The notes under the pieces are model-generated. The model worked only from the letters and a program-made list of their open reading frames with translations. It ran no database searches and was not told where the DNA came from. The translations under genes were made by a program, and so were the position numbers. This document shows, in pieces, positions 21,442-30,603 of a DNA stretch of 64,000 nt. The stretch is taken from positions 128,438 through 192,437 of the forward strand of contig CAZRVK010000004.1 of assembly GCA_964603585.1 (NCBI GenBank). Reading direction: 5' to 3'. The first letter of the stretch is position 1. Every line of letters starts with the position of its first letter. The DNA is from an uncultured Planctomycetales bacterium (GTDB lineage: Bacteria; Omnitrophota; Gorgyraeia; Gygaellales; Profunditerraquicolaceae).

Positions 21442-22227
21442 ATGAATATCATTGCTTGCATAAAACAGGTCCCGGAAACTACCGAGGTAAAGATAAATCC
21501 TGAAACCAATACTTTGATCCGTCAGGGGGTAAAGTCAATAATCAATCCCTTTGATATGTATGCGATCGAAGAGGCGGTCCGGTTAAAAGAACGATTTTCC
21601 GGCAGTAAAGTTATCGTTATCAGTATGGGGCCTCCGCAAGCTGAAGAAGCTTTACGGGAGGCGATCTCTTTAGGTGCGGATGAAGGATATCTGGTTTGTG
21701 ACCGTGCCTTTGCCGGCAGCGATACCTGGGCAACCAGCTATACATTAGCAGGGGCGATTAAGCTTGTTGGTGCATTTGACCTGATCATTTGCGGAAAACA
21801 GGCTTCTGATGGTGATACCGCGCAGGTTGGACCAGGGATAGCCACTCATTTGGATATCCCGCAAATTACGTATGTGAAGAAAATCGAAGAGATAACCGCT
21901 AAAACCATGCGTGTAGAGCGAATGATGGAGGAAGGGTATGAAATCATTGAAACCCCTCTTCCGGTTTTGATCACCGTGGTTAAGGAGATCAACGATCCGC
22001 GCCTGCCTTCGCTAAAAGGGATGATGCGAGCAAAAAGCGCCAAGATTACGGTCTTAACCCAAAAAGAGCTTAATCTTGATCCGCAGAGTATCGGGCTTTG
22101 CGGTTCTCCTACCCAGGTAGTGAAGATATTCACTCCACCGCATCGGACAGGAGGCCAGATCATTACCGGGGAAACGGATGAAATTACCGAGAAATTAGTA
22201 GCTTTAATTAAAGACGAGGTTCATTAA
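21442..22227 (+). CDS. etfB: Electron transfer flavoprotein beta subunit
   Basis: MNIIACIKQVPETTEVKINPETNTLIRQGV is the canonical EtfB N-terminus. Confidence 0.9.
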   Translation: MNIIACIKQVPETTEVKINPETNTLIRQGVKSIINPFDMYAIEEAVRLKERFSGSKVIVISMGPPQAEEALREAISLGADEGYLVCDRAFAGSDTWATSYTLAGAIKLVGAFDLIICGKQASDGDTAQVGPGIATHLDIPQITYVKKIEEITAKTMRVERMMEEGYEIIETPLPVLITVVKEINDPRLPSLKGMMRAKSAKITVLTQKELNLDPQSIGLCGSPTQVVKIFTPPHRTGGQIITGETDEITEKLVALIKDEVH

Positions 22228-22229
22228 GC

Positions 22230-23432
22230 ATGCCGATCCAAATTATTTCCGAGAAATGTACCGGTTGTTCAATCTGCGTTAAAGTTTGCCCTTTTGATGC
22301 AATCAGACTCATGGATAAAAAGTGCTGCATCGACCTTAATAAATGCAATCTTTGCGGGGCATGTGTCGATATTTGTAAATTTAAGGCAATATTGCTGGAA
22401 AGGCCGCCTGTCGTATGCGAGGTTCCTGATATTAAGGATTATAAGGGAATATGGGTATTTGTGGAACAGAAAAACGGCAAGGTACAATCAATCTCTTATG
22501 AACTTCTGGGCAAGGCGCACGAATTGGCAAAAAAACTTAATTGCCAGGTAAGCGGGGTGTTGATCGGGCACAATTTAGATGACCAGATTGATGAGTTGTT
22601 TTGGCATGGCGCGGATAATATCTATTTGGTTGAATCTCCTGAAATCGCCAATTTCCAGGATGAGCCCTATACTAATATCCTGGTAGAGTTGATTAAAAAG
22701 TATAAGCCGGAGATCCTTCTGTGCGGGGCAACTGCCATTGGCCGATCAATGATCTCAAGGATCGCGATAAAGATCAAGGCCGGCCTTACTGCCGATTGCA
22801 CTGGACTGGATATTGATACGCAAAGAAAGATATTGCTGCAAACCCGCCCTGCTTTTGGCGGTAATATCATGGCGACGATTATTAGTCCAAATTACCGCCC
22901 ACAAATGGCTACGGTCAGACATAAGGTAATGCAGCCAATGGTTGCGGACAAGCATAGAAAAGGCAAGGTGATCAAGGAGAGTTTCGATAGCGCATTATAC
23001 TTCTCCCGAACCAAGCTTCTGGATATCGTTGAAGAGGTAGAGTCCTTGGTAAACATAACAGAGGCCGATATAATTGTTTCTGGCGGCCGGGGGTTGCAGG
23101 CTAAAGAGAATTTTAAACTCATCGAAGATCTGGCCGCGGTATTGGGTGGTGCTGTCGGTTCATCGCGTGCTGCCGTCGATGCCGGCTGGAAACCTTACTC
23201 CCATCAGGTTGGCCAGACCGGGCGTACCGTTGCGCCCAAAATATATATCGCCTGCGGTATATCCGGCCAAATTCAGCACCTGGTTGGGATGTCTTCCTCA
23301 AAAATAATCATTGCAATCAATAAAGACCCCGAAGCACCCATCTTTAAGATCGCCACCTATGGCATTGTTGGGGATCTTTTCCAGATCCTGCCGGCATTAA
23401 CCAAGAAGTTCAAAGAAACCCTGCGAAAATAG
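22230..23432 (+). CDS. etfA: Electron transfer flavoprotein alpha subunit with N-terminal 2x[4Fe-4S] ferredoxin domain
   Basis: CTGCSICVKVCP and CNLCGACVDIC motifs followed by EtfA domains (IVSGGRG...SRAAVDAGW). Confidence 0.9.
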   Translation: MPIQIISEKCTGCSICVKVCPFDAIRLMDKKCCIDLNKCNLCGACVDICKFKAILLERPPVVCEVPDIKDYKGIWVFVEQKNGKVQSISYELLGKAHELAKKLNCQVSGVLIGHNLDDQIDELFWHGADNIYLVESPEIANFQDEPYTNILVELIKKYKPEILLCGATAIGRSMISRIAIKIKAGLTADCTGLDIDTQRKILLQTRPAFGGNIMATIISPNYRPQMATVRHKVMQPMVADKHRKGKVIKESFDSALYFSRTKLLDIVEEVESLVNITEADIIVSGGRGLQAKENFKLIEDLAAVLGGAVGSSRAAVDAGWKPYSHQVGQTGRTVAPKIYIACGISGQIQHLVGMSSSKIIIAINKDPEAPIFKIATYGIVGDLFQILPALTKKFKETLRK

Positions 23433-23579
23433 CCGCCCAGCATACCTTTTTTACTCGGATTTGTAAACGCTTTCTTCTCCTTTTAAGATAATATTGAAAT
23501 AATCCTTAAAACAAGCTAATCTTTATTTAGACAGAATAAACTGGGCTTTGAAAGCAATTCCCGGGAGAAAATAAGACGT

Positions 23580-23927
23580 ATGCCTAACCATGGGTTTATT
23601 GAACGAAGATTATGCCCGCGTTTTCCCCTGACACTCTGCGTCAATTGTTTTGATATGTATTCCGAAAAAAAGATCGATGGCCAAACAAAGGATATAAGCG
23701 CCCAAGGCCTGCGTTTAATAAGTGATAAACCTCTTTTGGCCGGGTATAAGCTGGAGATCTTTATTAAAATGTCAGATAATGGGGAAAAAATCTACCGTAA
23801 GGGAAGGGTCATCTGGTCGAATATATCCAGTCAGAATAAATACCAGGTCGGGGTATTCTTTGACGAAAAAAGCCTGAATCCTGTGCCGATCGTATTGCGT
23901 ACCATCATGACCGAGAAGAATTATTAA
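23580..23927 (+). CDS. PilZ domain protein (c-di-GMP receptor candidate)
   Basis: RRLCPR and DISAQGL match the RxxxR and D/NxSxxG PilZ motifs. Confidence 0.65.
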   Translation: MPNHGFIERRLCPRFPLTLCVNCFDMYSEKKIDGQTKDISAQGLRLISDKPLLAGYKLEIFIKMSDNGEKIYRKGRVIWSNISSQNKYQVGVFFDEKSLNPVPIVLRTIMTEKNY

Positions 23928-24054
23928 GGCGGTTCTAATCCTACCGTTGCCTCAAAGACACCCAGTTTTTCTCTTTCCATATTTTACTTTAGCCTAAAAA
24001 AAACAGGGTATCATTTTTATTTTTTTGTAGTATAATATTTGCGGAGGTAAAAAA

Positions 24055-25077
24055 ATGGATGAGCTGTTGAAAAAAATATTGAATGCTTCCGGTGTGTCTG
24101 GGTATGAGAAAGATATCTCGGCAATCATGCTGGAAGAATTGGGCCGGATCTGCGAAGATGCCTTTATTGATAAAATGGGCAATGTGATCGCGCGCAAAGG
24201 AAGCGGAAAAAAGAAGATCATGATCGCCGCGCATATGGATGAGGTCGGGTTATTGGTCAAGCATGTAAATAACGATGGATACATTAGTTTCGTTAAGATC
24301 GGCGGGATAGATGACCGGGTTTTACCTGCGCAGCGTGTGGTGATAAAAGCAAAAAACGGCGACTTGACAGGGATCATCGGCACTAAATCCATCCATTTGC
24401 TTAAGGAAGAAGAAAGAAAGAAACCATTGAAATATGAGGATATGTTTATCGATATCGGCTGCCAAAGTAAAGAGGAAGCTCTGAAAAAAGTATCGATTGC
24501 CGACCCGATAATCTTTGAGCCTAATACCGGCGCCTTAGGAAACAATTTGTTTTATTCTAAGGCGGTGGATGACCGCATTGGCTGCTATGCCTTGATAAAG
24601 ATCATGGAAAGAGTAAACTGCGACGCCGAGATATTTGCGGCTGCGACAGTCCAGGAGGAAGTAGGACTTAAAGGGGCCAGGACTGCCTCTTTTAAAATCG
24701 ACCCAGATTTTGCGTTAGTTCTTGATACCACGATTGCCGGAGATACCCCGCATGTAAATGAGCAGGAGTCACCGTTAAAATTAGGCGCAGGGGTGGCAAT
24801 CACGATTGTAGAGGCCTCGGGACGCGGAGTAATGGTAAATGAAAAGACCCGGGATCTTCTAATTGGGGAAGCGGCAAAGAATAATATAAAATTTCAAATC
24901 GCGATAATCGAAGGCGGCATGACTGACGGAGCGATGATATATATGAACCGTGCCGGTATTCCGACTGGAGTTTTAAGCATCCCTACCCGGTATTTACACT
25001 CCGCAACAAGTGTTTTTAGTATGAGCGACGTTGAGAGCGCGGTAGAACTGGCATTAAAGGCGATTCCCCGGATTTAG
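24055..25077 (+). CDS. M42 family metallopeptidase (glutamyl aminopeptidase/FrvX-like)
   Basis: N-terminal LLKKILNASGVSGYE, AAHMDEVG, and overall M42 pattern. Confidence 0.85.
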   Translation: MDELLKKILNASGVSGYEKDISAIMLEELGRICEDAFIDKMGNVIARKGSGKKKIMIAAHMDEVGLLVKHVNNDGYISFVKIGGIDDRVLPAQRVVIKAKNGDLTGIIGTKSIHLLKEEERKKPLKYEDMFIDIGCQSKEEALKKVSIADPIIFEPNTGALGNNLFYSKAVDDRIGCYALIKIMERVNCDAEIFAAATVQEEVGLKGARTASFKIDPDFALVLDTTIAGDTPHVNEQESPLKLGAGVAITIVEASGRGVMVNEKTRDLLIGEAAKNNIKFQIAIIEGGMTDGAMIYMNRAGIPTGVLSIPTRYLHSATSVFSMSDVESAVELALKAIPRI

Positions 25078-25096
25078 TTGTTAGATTTAGGATAAA

Positions 25097-25531
25097 ATGC
25101 GGATAAGACTGACCAGCATACTGATTATTTGTTTCTTTTCGGCATCTTTAAATAATGCTTATGCTCAAAAAAACAAGACTACGGACGCACAGAAGGCCTA
25201 TGCATATGATCTATCGTATCCTCCTGCGGTGTGTTTTTTTCCTTTAGAAAAAAGCCGTTGGAACGGATATCAATTATCCAGCGTGGATTGGAAAGGAATA
25301 ACGGTATACCAGAAGACATCATTTGTGGCTGAAGCAATCAGCGAGATCGAGAAACGAACGAAGGCAAGTGTGGAAGTACCGGATAAGTGGCGCCTTTACC
25401 TTGCCCTTGATCAAGGGGTGGCCTTGGCAGAAAAACAATTTCCTGGAATTGAGCTTAATATGTTTTCCTTCCTTTTGGGGAGTTTAAAGACAGCTAAGTT
25501 GATCAAATGGAACAAGGTGGCCTCTCCATAA
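25097..25531 (+). CDS. Hypothetical secreted protein
   Basis: Signal peptide ending ...SASLNNAYAQ. No recognisable domain. Confidence 0.5.
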   Translation: MRIRLTSILIICFFSASLNNAYAQKNKTTDAQKAYAYDLSYPPAVCFFPLEKSRWNGYQLSSVDWKGITVYQKTSFVAEAISEIEKRTKASVEVPDKWRLYLALDQGVALAEKQFPGIELNMFSFLLGSLKTAKLIKWNKVASP

Positions 25532-25536
25532 TCCTG

Positions 25537-25564
25537 TTGATTCCCGAATGTTAAATGGTATAAT
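25537..25564 (+). promoter_or_regulatory. Sigma-70-type promoter: TTGATT, 16-nt spacer, TATAAT
   Basis: TTGATT at 25537-25542, TATAAT at 25559-25564. A CAGGAG RBS precedes ATG 25595. Confidence 0.45.
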
Positions 25565-25594
25565 AAATATTACTTTATCGCCAGGAGCCTGGTC

Positions 25595-25957
25595 ATGCCA
25601 ACCTTGTTGATTGTAGATGATGAGATCGATATACGGGAATTCGCGGCGAATTTCTTCCGCAGGCGTAAAATCGATGTTTTAACCGCTGCCAGCGGAGAAG
25701 AAGCTTTGGCAGTAATGGAACGGATCCTCCCGAATTTGATCTTGTTGGATATCAGCCTTCCTGGGATCGACGGAGTAGAAACACTCCAACGTATACGGCA
25801 AAAGAACCTTGATGCCAAGGTGGTGATGGTTACCGGCCAAAAACCCGAAGATCAAGATGCATTTGATAGATGCCGGCAGCTGGGGGCATTTGATTATATC
25901 CATAAGCCGCTGGTAATGGAAGAATTAGAAAAAATCGTTTTAAAGGAAATAACTTGA
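25595..25957 (+). CDS. Stand-alone response regulator receiver (CheY-like)
   Basis: LIVDDE...LLDISLPGIDG...KP conserved receiver residues. No output domain. Confidence 0.8.
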   Translation: MPTLLIVDDEIDIREFAANFFRRRKIDVLTAASGEEALAVMERILPNLILLDISLPGIDGVETLQRIRQKNLDAKVVMVTGQKPEDQDAFDRCRQLGAFDYIHKPLVMEELEKIVLKEIT

Positions 25958-25972
25958 TCGATTCCTGTTGAA

Positions 25973-27133
25973 ATGAAGATCAATTATAAAAGAGAACTGG
26001 AAAATGCGGCGCGGAATATGATCTTGGTCCATGAACCGGACTTTCTGATCAAGATGATCGCGCGCATGATTGTCGAAAAAATCAATGTTCGGCATGCGGG
26101 AATACTGCTGCATCAAAGAAATACGGATAGCTATATTTTGAATGTTTCCCGGGGATGTTTAGGGCAAAAGATCCCCGCAGGATTTATCCGGCTGGATAAT
26201 GACAGCCCGCTTATCAAGTTCTTTCGGGAGTATAAATGCAATAACCTGCCTTTGCAAGGCAAGTGCACAGGGATGTTAACCACAAAATCAAGCCCGACCA
26301 GCAGGATTAATATGCAAAGACTGCTTAAGCGTGCCAGGGCGCAAATGGATGATTTTAATGCCGTATTGTGTATCCCTTGTTATTTCCGTGATGAGCTTCT
26401 GGCTGTTTTCCTGATGGGGCAAAAGAATAACTCCAAGAAATTCTGCCGGCAAGAACTGGATTTCTTTAATGCCCTTATTTCTGATGTGGCTATGGCGGTG
26501 CGTAATGCTCAATTGTTCAAAGATCTTGAGCTGGAAATGGCGCGTAAATACCGTCTTTTTATAAATACGATCGTGACCCTGGCTGCGGCGATCGATGCCA
26601 AGGACCATTATACCCGCGGGCATACAGAGCGGGTAACAAGCCTTAGTATTGCCATCGCCAAGAAATTGTCTCAAGTGAACAGCAAGATCCTTGATGAGAA
26701 ATTCCTTGGCCATCTGCATATTGCCGGATTGCTGCACGATATTGGTAAAATCGGGATCCCGGAAACTGTCTTGAATAAAATTGAACCTCTAAGTGCAGAT
26801 GATTGGGATAAAATCCGCCACCACCCGCTTTTGGGTGCAGAGATATTAAAACCGATCATTGAAATGGAAGAGGCGATCTTAGGGGTAAAATACCACCATG
26901 AACGCTATGACGGCACAGGCTATCCGGAAGGATTGAAGGGCAGGCAGATACCTTTTATTGCATCGATTATCGCTGTTGCCGATGCATTTGATGCCATGAC
27001 AACCGACAGGGCTTATCGTAAAGCCCTGTCTTACGAAGACGCCGTCCAGGAGATAAAGAGTAAGTCGGGGGCACAATTTGACCCGCAGGTCGTCAATGCA
27101 TTCCTGGAATTAGCTAAAGAGGGAAAAATTTAG
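25973..27133 (+). CDS. HD-GYP domain phosphodiesterase with N-terminal GAF-like sensor region
   Basis: HTERV, HDIGKIGIPE, HHERYDGTGYP. Confidence 0.85.
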   Translation: MKINYKRELENAARNMILVHEPDFLIKMIARMIVEKINVRHAGILLHQRNTDSYILNVSRGCLGQKIPAGFIRLDNDSPLIKFFREYKCNNLPLQGKCTGMLTTKSSPTSRINMQRLLKRARAQMDDFNAVLCIPCYFRDELLAVFLMGQKNNSKKFCRQELDFFNALISDVAMAVRNAQLFKDLELEMARKYRLFINTIVTLAAAIDAKDHYTRGHTERVTSLSIAIAKKLSQVNSKILDEKFLGHLHIAGLLHDIGKIGIPETVLNKIEPLSADDWDKIRHHPLLGAEILKPIIEMEEAILGVKYHHERYDGTGYPEGLKGRQIPFIASIIAVADAFDAMTTDRAYRKALSYEDAVQEIKSKSGAQFDPQVVNAFLELAKEGKI

Positions 27134-27137
27134 AAAA

Positions 27138-28259
27138 ATGGCCAGCAAACGCATAATCTTGATGTATATTTCCGAAGTCTCCGGCCATCACAGTGCAACA
27201 CTGGCTATCGAGAAATCATTGCGTATGCTTTCGCATGATACCGAGATAATGAATATTAACGCGTTTAATTATACAAACCCCATATCCGAGAAAATAATTA
27301 ACCGTCTTTATATGGCGGTTATTAAAAGGACCCCGCAAGTTTGGGATTACCTTTATGATAACCCAGCGGTGATAAAAAAACTGGCAAAGATAAAAGAAAC
27401 TATCCATAAGATGAACTCGCCTAAATTAAAGAACCTTTTTAATAAGTTCAATCCGGACATAGTGGTTTGCACCCAGGCCTTTCCTTGCGGGATGGTTGCC
27501 GATTACAAGAAAATTTATAATTCCGACCTGCCTTTAGTCTCTGTGCTGACTGATTATATCCCGCATTCCTACTGGGTTTACGACAACGTATCGTATTATA
27601 TTACTCCATCAGAAGAAGTCGGAGAGCGACTGGCAAAGAAAGGTATCCCAGAGAATAGAATAAAACCCATGGGAATACCATGCGACCCTAAATTTACCTC
27701 CAAAGTTGATAAAAAAGAGATCTTGCGAAAACTAAACCTTGATCCTGGTTTGCCTATACTCCTGGTTATGGGAGGCGGACAGGGACTGGGGCCGATCAAG
27801 ACCATTGTTGCCTCGCTGGAAAAATTAGACACAAAGGTGCAGGAAATCGTCATTACCGGGAATAATAAGCGCCTTTACGGCTCATTAAAAAGAAAGATAA
27901 AACAGTACCGGCAGAAAATAATGCTTTTTGGATATGCCAGCAATATACATGAGCTGATGGAAGTATCTGATATCATTATTACTAAGCCGGGAGGAATTAC
28001 TACTGCAGAGGCATTGGCAAAAAAGCTGCCTATGCTGATCATTAGCCCGATCCCTGGGCAGGAGGAGAATAATACCATTTATTTAACGCAAAGCAAAGCC
28101 GCGATCAAAGTCAACGATCTGGAAAAGATCTATTTGGCGGTAGGCGATGTTTTTTCTTCACCGGAAAAATTGGCCTTAATGCGTGAATCCGCCGAAAAAA
28201 TCAGTAAGCCTTACGCCAGTATGGATATTGCGAGGTTTTTGCTTAATATTAAACGCTAA
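27138..28259 (+). CDS. MGDG synthase-like / processive diacylglycerol glycosyltransferase (GT28)
   Basis: N-terminus ISEVSGHHSATLAIEK. C-terminus ITKPGGITTAEALAKKLPMLI is typical of Mgd/UgtP-like lipid glycosyltransferases. Confidence 0.75.
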   Translation: MASKRIILMYISEVSGHHSATLAIEKSLRMLSHDTEIMNINAFNYTNPISEKIINRLYMAVIKRTPQVWDYLYDNPAVIKKLAKIKETIHKMNSPKLKNLFNKFNPDIVVCTQAFPCGMVADYKKIYNSDLPLVSVLTDYIPHSYWVYDNVSYYITPSEEVGERLAKKGIPENRIKPMGIPCDPKFTSKVDKKEILRKLNLDPGLPILLVMGGGQGLGPIKTIVASLEKLDTKVQEIVITGNNKRLYGSLKRKIKQYRQKIMLFGYASNIHELMEVSDIIITKPGGITTAEALAKKLPMLIISPIPGQEENNTIYLTQSKAAIKVNDLEKIYLAVGDVFSSPEKLALMRESAEKISKPYASMDIARFLLNIKR

Positions 28260-28279
28260 TCTAACCTATTTCTTGTGCC

Positions 28280-29134
28280 ATGCTTAACTATCTGATCTAC
28301 CGGCTTGGTCAATTTGTAGCTTTAGCTCTTCCGCTAAAGCTAGCATATGCCTTTGCGGTATTTGTCTCGGATATAAATTATCTGTTTGCCCGCGCGGATA
28401 AAGCGGCAGTAGAAAACAACCTTAAGGCGATATTCCCGGAACGCAATATCCGATCCATTCACCGGATCCGCAGGTCCATGTTCCGTAATTTCGCTAAGTA
28501 CCTTGTTGATTTCTTCAGATTCTCCCTCTTAGATGCAAAATACATAAAACAGAATATTACAATTGAGAACAAGGCATACCTGGATGAGGCTTTATCCAAA
28601 GGCCGGGGGGTAATTACGTTGACTGCCCACATCGGTAATTGGGAGTTGGGCGGAGTCGTAATTGCCCTTTTAGGGTATCCTTTTTCTGCGGTGGCACTCC
28701 CGCATAAAGATAAAAAGGTAAACGATTTTTTTAACCATCAACGCCAAAGCAAAGGAATGAAGGTCATTCCCCTTGGCAAAGCGGTCCGCCAATGCATGGG
28801 CATTTTAAGGAAAAATGAGGTTTTGGCGTTGGTGGGAGACAGGGATTTTACGGAAAACGGCATAATCATAGATTTCTTTGGCAAAAAGGCAATATTTCCG
28901 GAGGGGGCAGCGGCATTTGCAGTAAAGACCGGGGCTGTGATCATCCCAGGATTTATGTTCAGGAACCCGGATGATACTTTTACTTTAAGATTTGAGAAAC
29001 CGCTTGAAATCCAGCCAACGCAGGATAAAAAAACGGAGATCAGAGATCTGATCATGCATTACAAACAGATATTTGAAGAATATATAAGGCGCTATCCGGA
29101 TCAGTGGTATATGTTCAGGAGGTTTTGGATTTAA
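28280..29134 (+). CDS. Lysophospholipid/lipid A acyltransferase, LpxL/HtrB-like
   Basis: HIGNWELGG (HX4E-type acyltransferase motif). Size and hydrophobic N-terminus. Confidence 0.7.
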   Translation: MLNYLIYRLGQFVALALPLKLAYAFAVFVSDINYLFARADKAAVENNLKAIFPERNIRSIHRIRRSMFRNFAKYLVDFFRFSLLDAKYIKQNITIENKAYLDEALSKGRGVITLTAHIGNWELGGVVIALLGYPFSAVALPHKDKKVNDFFNHQRQSKGMKVIPLGKAVRQCMGILRKNEVLALVGDRDFTENGIIIDFFGKKAIFPEGAAAFAVKTGAVIIPGFMFRNPDDTFTLRFEKPLEIQPTQDKKTEIRDLIMHYKQIFEEYIRRYPDQWYMFRRFWI

Positions 29135-29136
29135 TG

Positions 29137-29808
29137 AAAATATGTGTGGTTATCCCGGCATATAATGAATCTAAGGAGATCGCACCTTTAGTGTCCGGTG
29201 TTCGCCGGCACTGTCCTGAAGTCCTGGTTATCGATGATGGATCGAAGGACAATACTGCTGAAATTGCCGAGGCAAACGGTGCGATAGTATTTAAAAACCG
29301 CAAAAACCAAGGAAAGGGAACCTCGCTGATTGCCGGGTTTAATTATATGCTAAAACATGATTTTGATGCGGTTATCACAATGGATGGAGATGGACAGCAT
29401 TTACCAGAAGAGATCCCTAACTTTATTAAGACTGCTGTTTACTCCGATAATGGAATTGTTATTGGGAACCGCATGGTACAAAGGATGAATATGCCGGGTT
29501 TACGGGTCTTGGCAAATAAGTTCATGTCCTGGATAATTTCGCTCATGGTGGGGCAGGACATTGCGGATACCCAATGCGGTTACCGGCTTATAAAACGCGG
29601 GGTTTTAGAAAAATTAGTTTTAAATACCTCTAATTACGATACGGAATCCGAGATCCTGATCAAAGCCGCACGATTAGGATTTAAGATAGAGTCCATACAA
29701 ATAAAGACAGTCTATCAGGGGGAAAAGAGCCAGATCAATCCTTTTATCGATACCTTACGATTTATCCGGCTGATATGCAGGGAAATGTGGAGTAAAAAGA
29801 CGAAATGA
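29137..29808 (+). CDS. Glycosyltransferase family 2 (DPM1/ArnC-like polyprenyl-phosphate glycosyltransferase)
   Basis: MKICVVIPAYNESKEIAPLVSGV...VLVIDDGSKDNT...DGDGQH. Confidence 0.8.
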   Translation, partial: KICVVIPAYNESKEIAPLVSGVRRHCPEVLVIDDGSKDNTAEIAEANGAIVFKNRKNQGKGTSLIAGFNYMLKHDFDAVITMDGDGQHLPEEIPNFIKTAVYSDNGIVIGNRMVQRMNMPGLRVLANKFMSWIISLMVGQDIADTQCGYRLIKRGVLEKLVLNTSNYDTESEILIKAARLGFKIESIQIKTVYQGEKSQINPFIDTLRFIRLICREMWSKKTK

Positions 29809-30308
29809 TCCAGGTATATACGGGAAACGGCAAAGGAAAGACTACAGCGGCATTAGGTTTAGCCATCCGGGCAACCGGTGCAGGATTAAAGGTATATATT
29901 GCACAGTTCATGAAAGCCCGGAGATGTTCGGAGATCAAAGCTTTAAGTAAAATCAAGGGAATAAAGATCGAACAATTTGGGGGGGGGTGTTTTGTTAAGA
30001 ATATTCCTACCTTGAAGGAAAAGAGATTGGCCTTACATGGATTGACAGTGGCTTCTGAACAGTTAAGAAGCAAGAAATATGACCTTGTGGTCATGGATGA
30101 AATAAATGTCGCCTTAAAGGTAGGGCTTCTTACGCTAAAAGCAGTTTTAAATATGATCAAATCCACTCCCTCCGGGGTTGAATTGATCCTTACCGGTAGA
30201 AACGCGCATCCGGAAATCATCAGGATATCAGACCTGACAAGCGAAATAAAGCCGATCAAGCATTATTATACAAAAGGCATAAAGGCGCGAAAAGGAATCG
30301 AGTTTTAA
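29805..30308 (+). CDS. cobA: Cob(I)yrinic acid a,c-diamide / cob(I)alamin adenosyltransferase (CobA/BtuR family)
   Basis: VYTGNGKGKTTAALGLAIRATGAG is the P-loop of the CobA family. Confidence 0.85.
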   Translation: MIQVYTGNGKGKTTAALGLAIRATGAGLKVYIAQFMKARRCSEIKALSKIKGIKIEQFGGGCFVKNIPTLKEKRLALHGLTVASEQLRSKKYDLVVMDEINVALKVGLLTLKAVLNMIKSTPSGVELILTGRNAHPEIIRISDLTSEIKPIKHYYTKGIKARKGIEF

Positions 30309-30320
30309 GATAAAATAACC

Positions 30321-30349
30321 TTGACATTAACCAGCGGTTAGTATAGTAT
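30321..30349 (+). promoter_or_regulatory. Sigma-70-type promoter: TTGACA, 17-nt spacer, TAGTAT, driving the B12 riboswitch
   Basis: TTGACA at 30321-30326, TAGTAT at 30344-30349, immediately upstream of the aptamer. Confidence 0.5.
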
Positions 30350-30595
30350 AACACTGACATTTTAAATATAGATTCAGGGAAGCCTGTGAGAATCAGGCAC
30401 AGTCCCGCTGCTGTAATCCGGGTAAGCTATCTTAGGCTGAATATGCCACTGTCTTATATGTAAACATGAGGCGGGAAGGCGCCGAGGATCCGGAAAGTCA
30501 GAATACCTGTCTATAGAAAAGCAGATTTTACCTCGTGGAAAAGGGCCAAGCAAAAAGGGTGCAACCCGCCAGAAAAAAAACGGCGGGTTTTTTGT
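30350..30595 (+). promoter_or_regulatory. Cobalamin riboswitch (aptamer ~30360-30515) with rho-independent terminator expression platform
   Basis: Ordered matches to the cobalamin riboswitch consensus: GGGAAGCCTGTGAGAATCAGG, CCCGCTGCTGTAA, B12 box GCCACTG (30445-30451), GGGAAGGCG, AGTCAGAATACCTG. The terminator ACCCGCC / GGCGGGT plus TTTTTTGTTT lies at 30564-30595, just before ATG 30604. Confidence 0.85.
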
Positions 30596-30603
30596 TTCCT
30601 AAA

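Noticed and set aside
30535-30603. Alternative upstream start (ATG 30535) for the btuF-like gene
   Set aside because: It would translate through the riboswitch terminator hairpin and T-tract. A signal-peptide-bearing start at 30604 follows the terminator cleanly.
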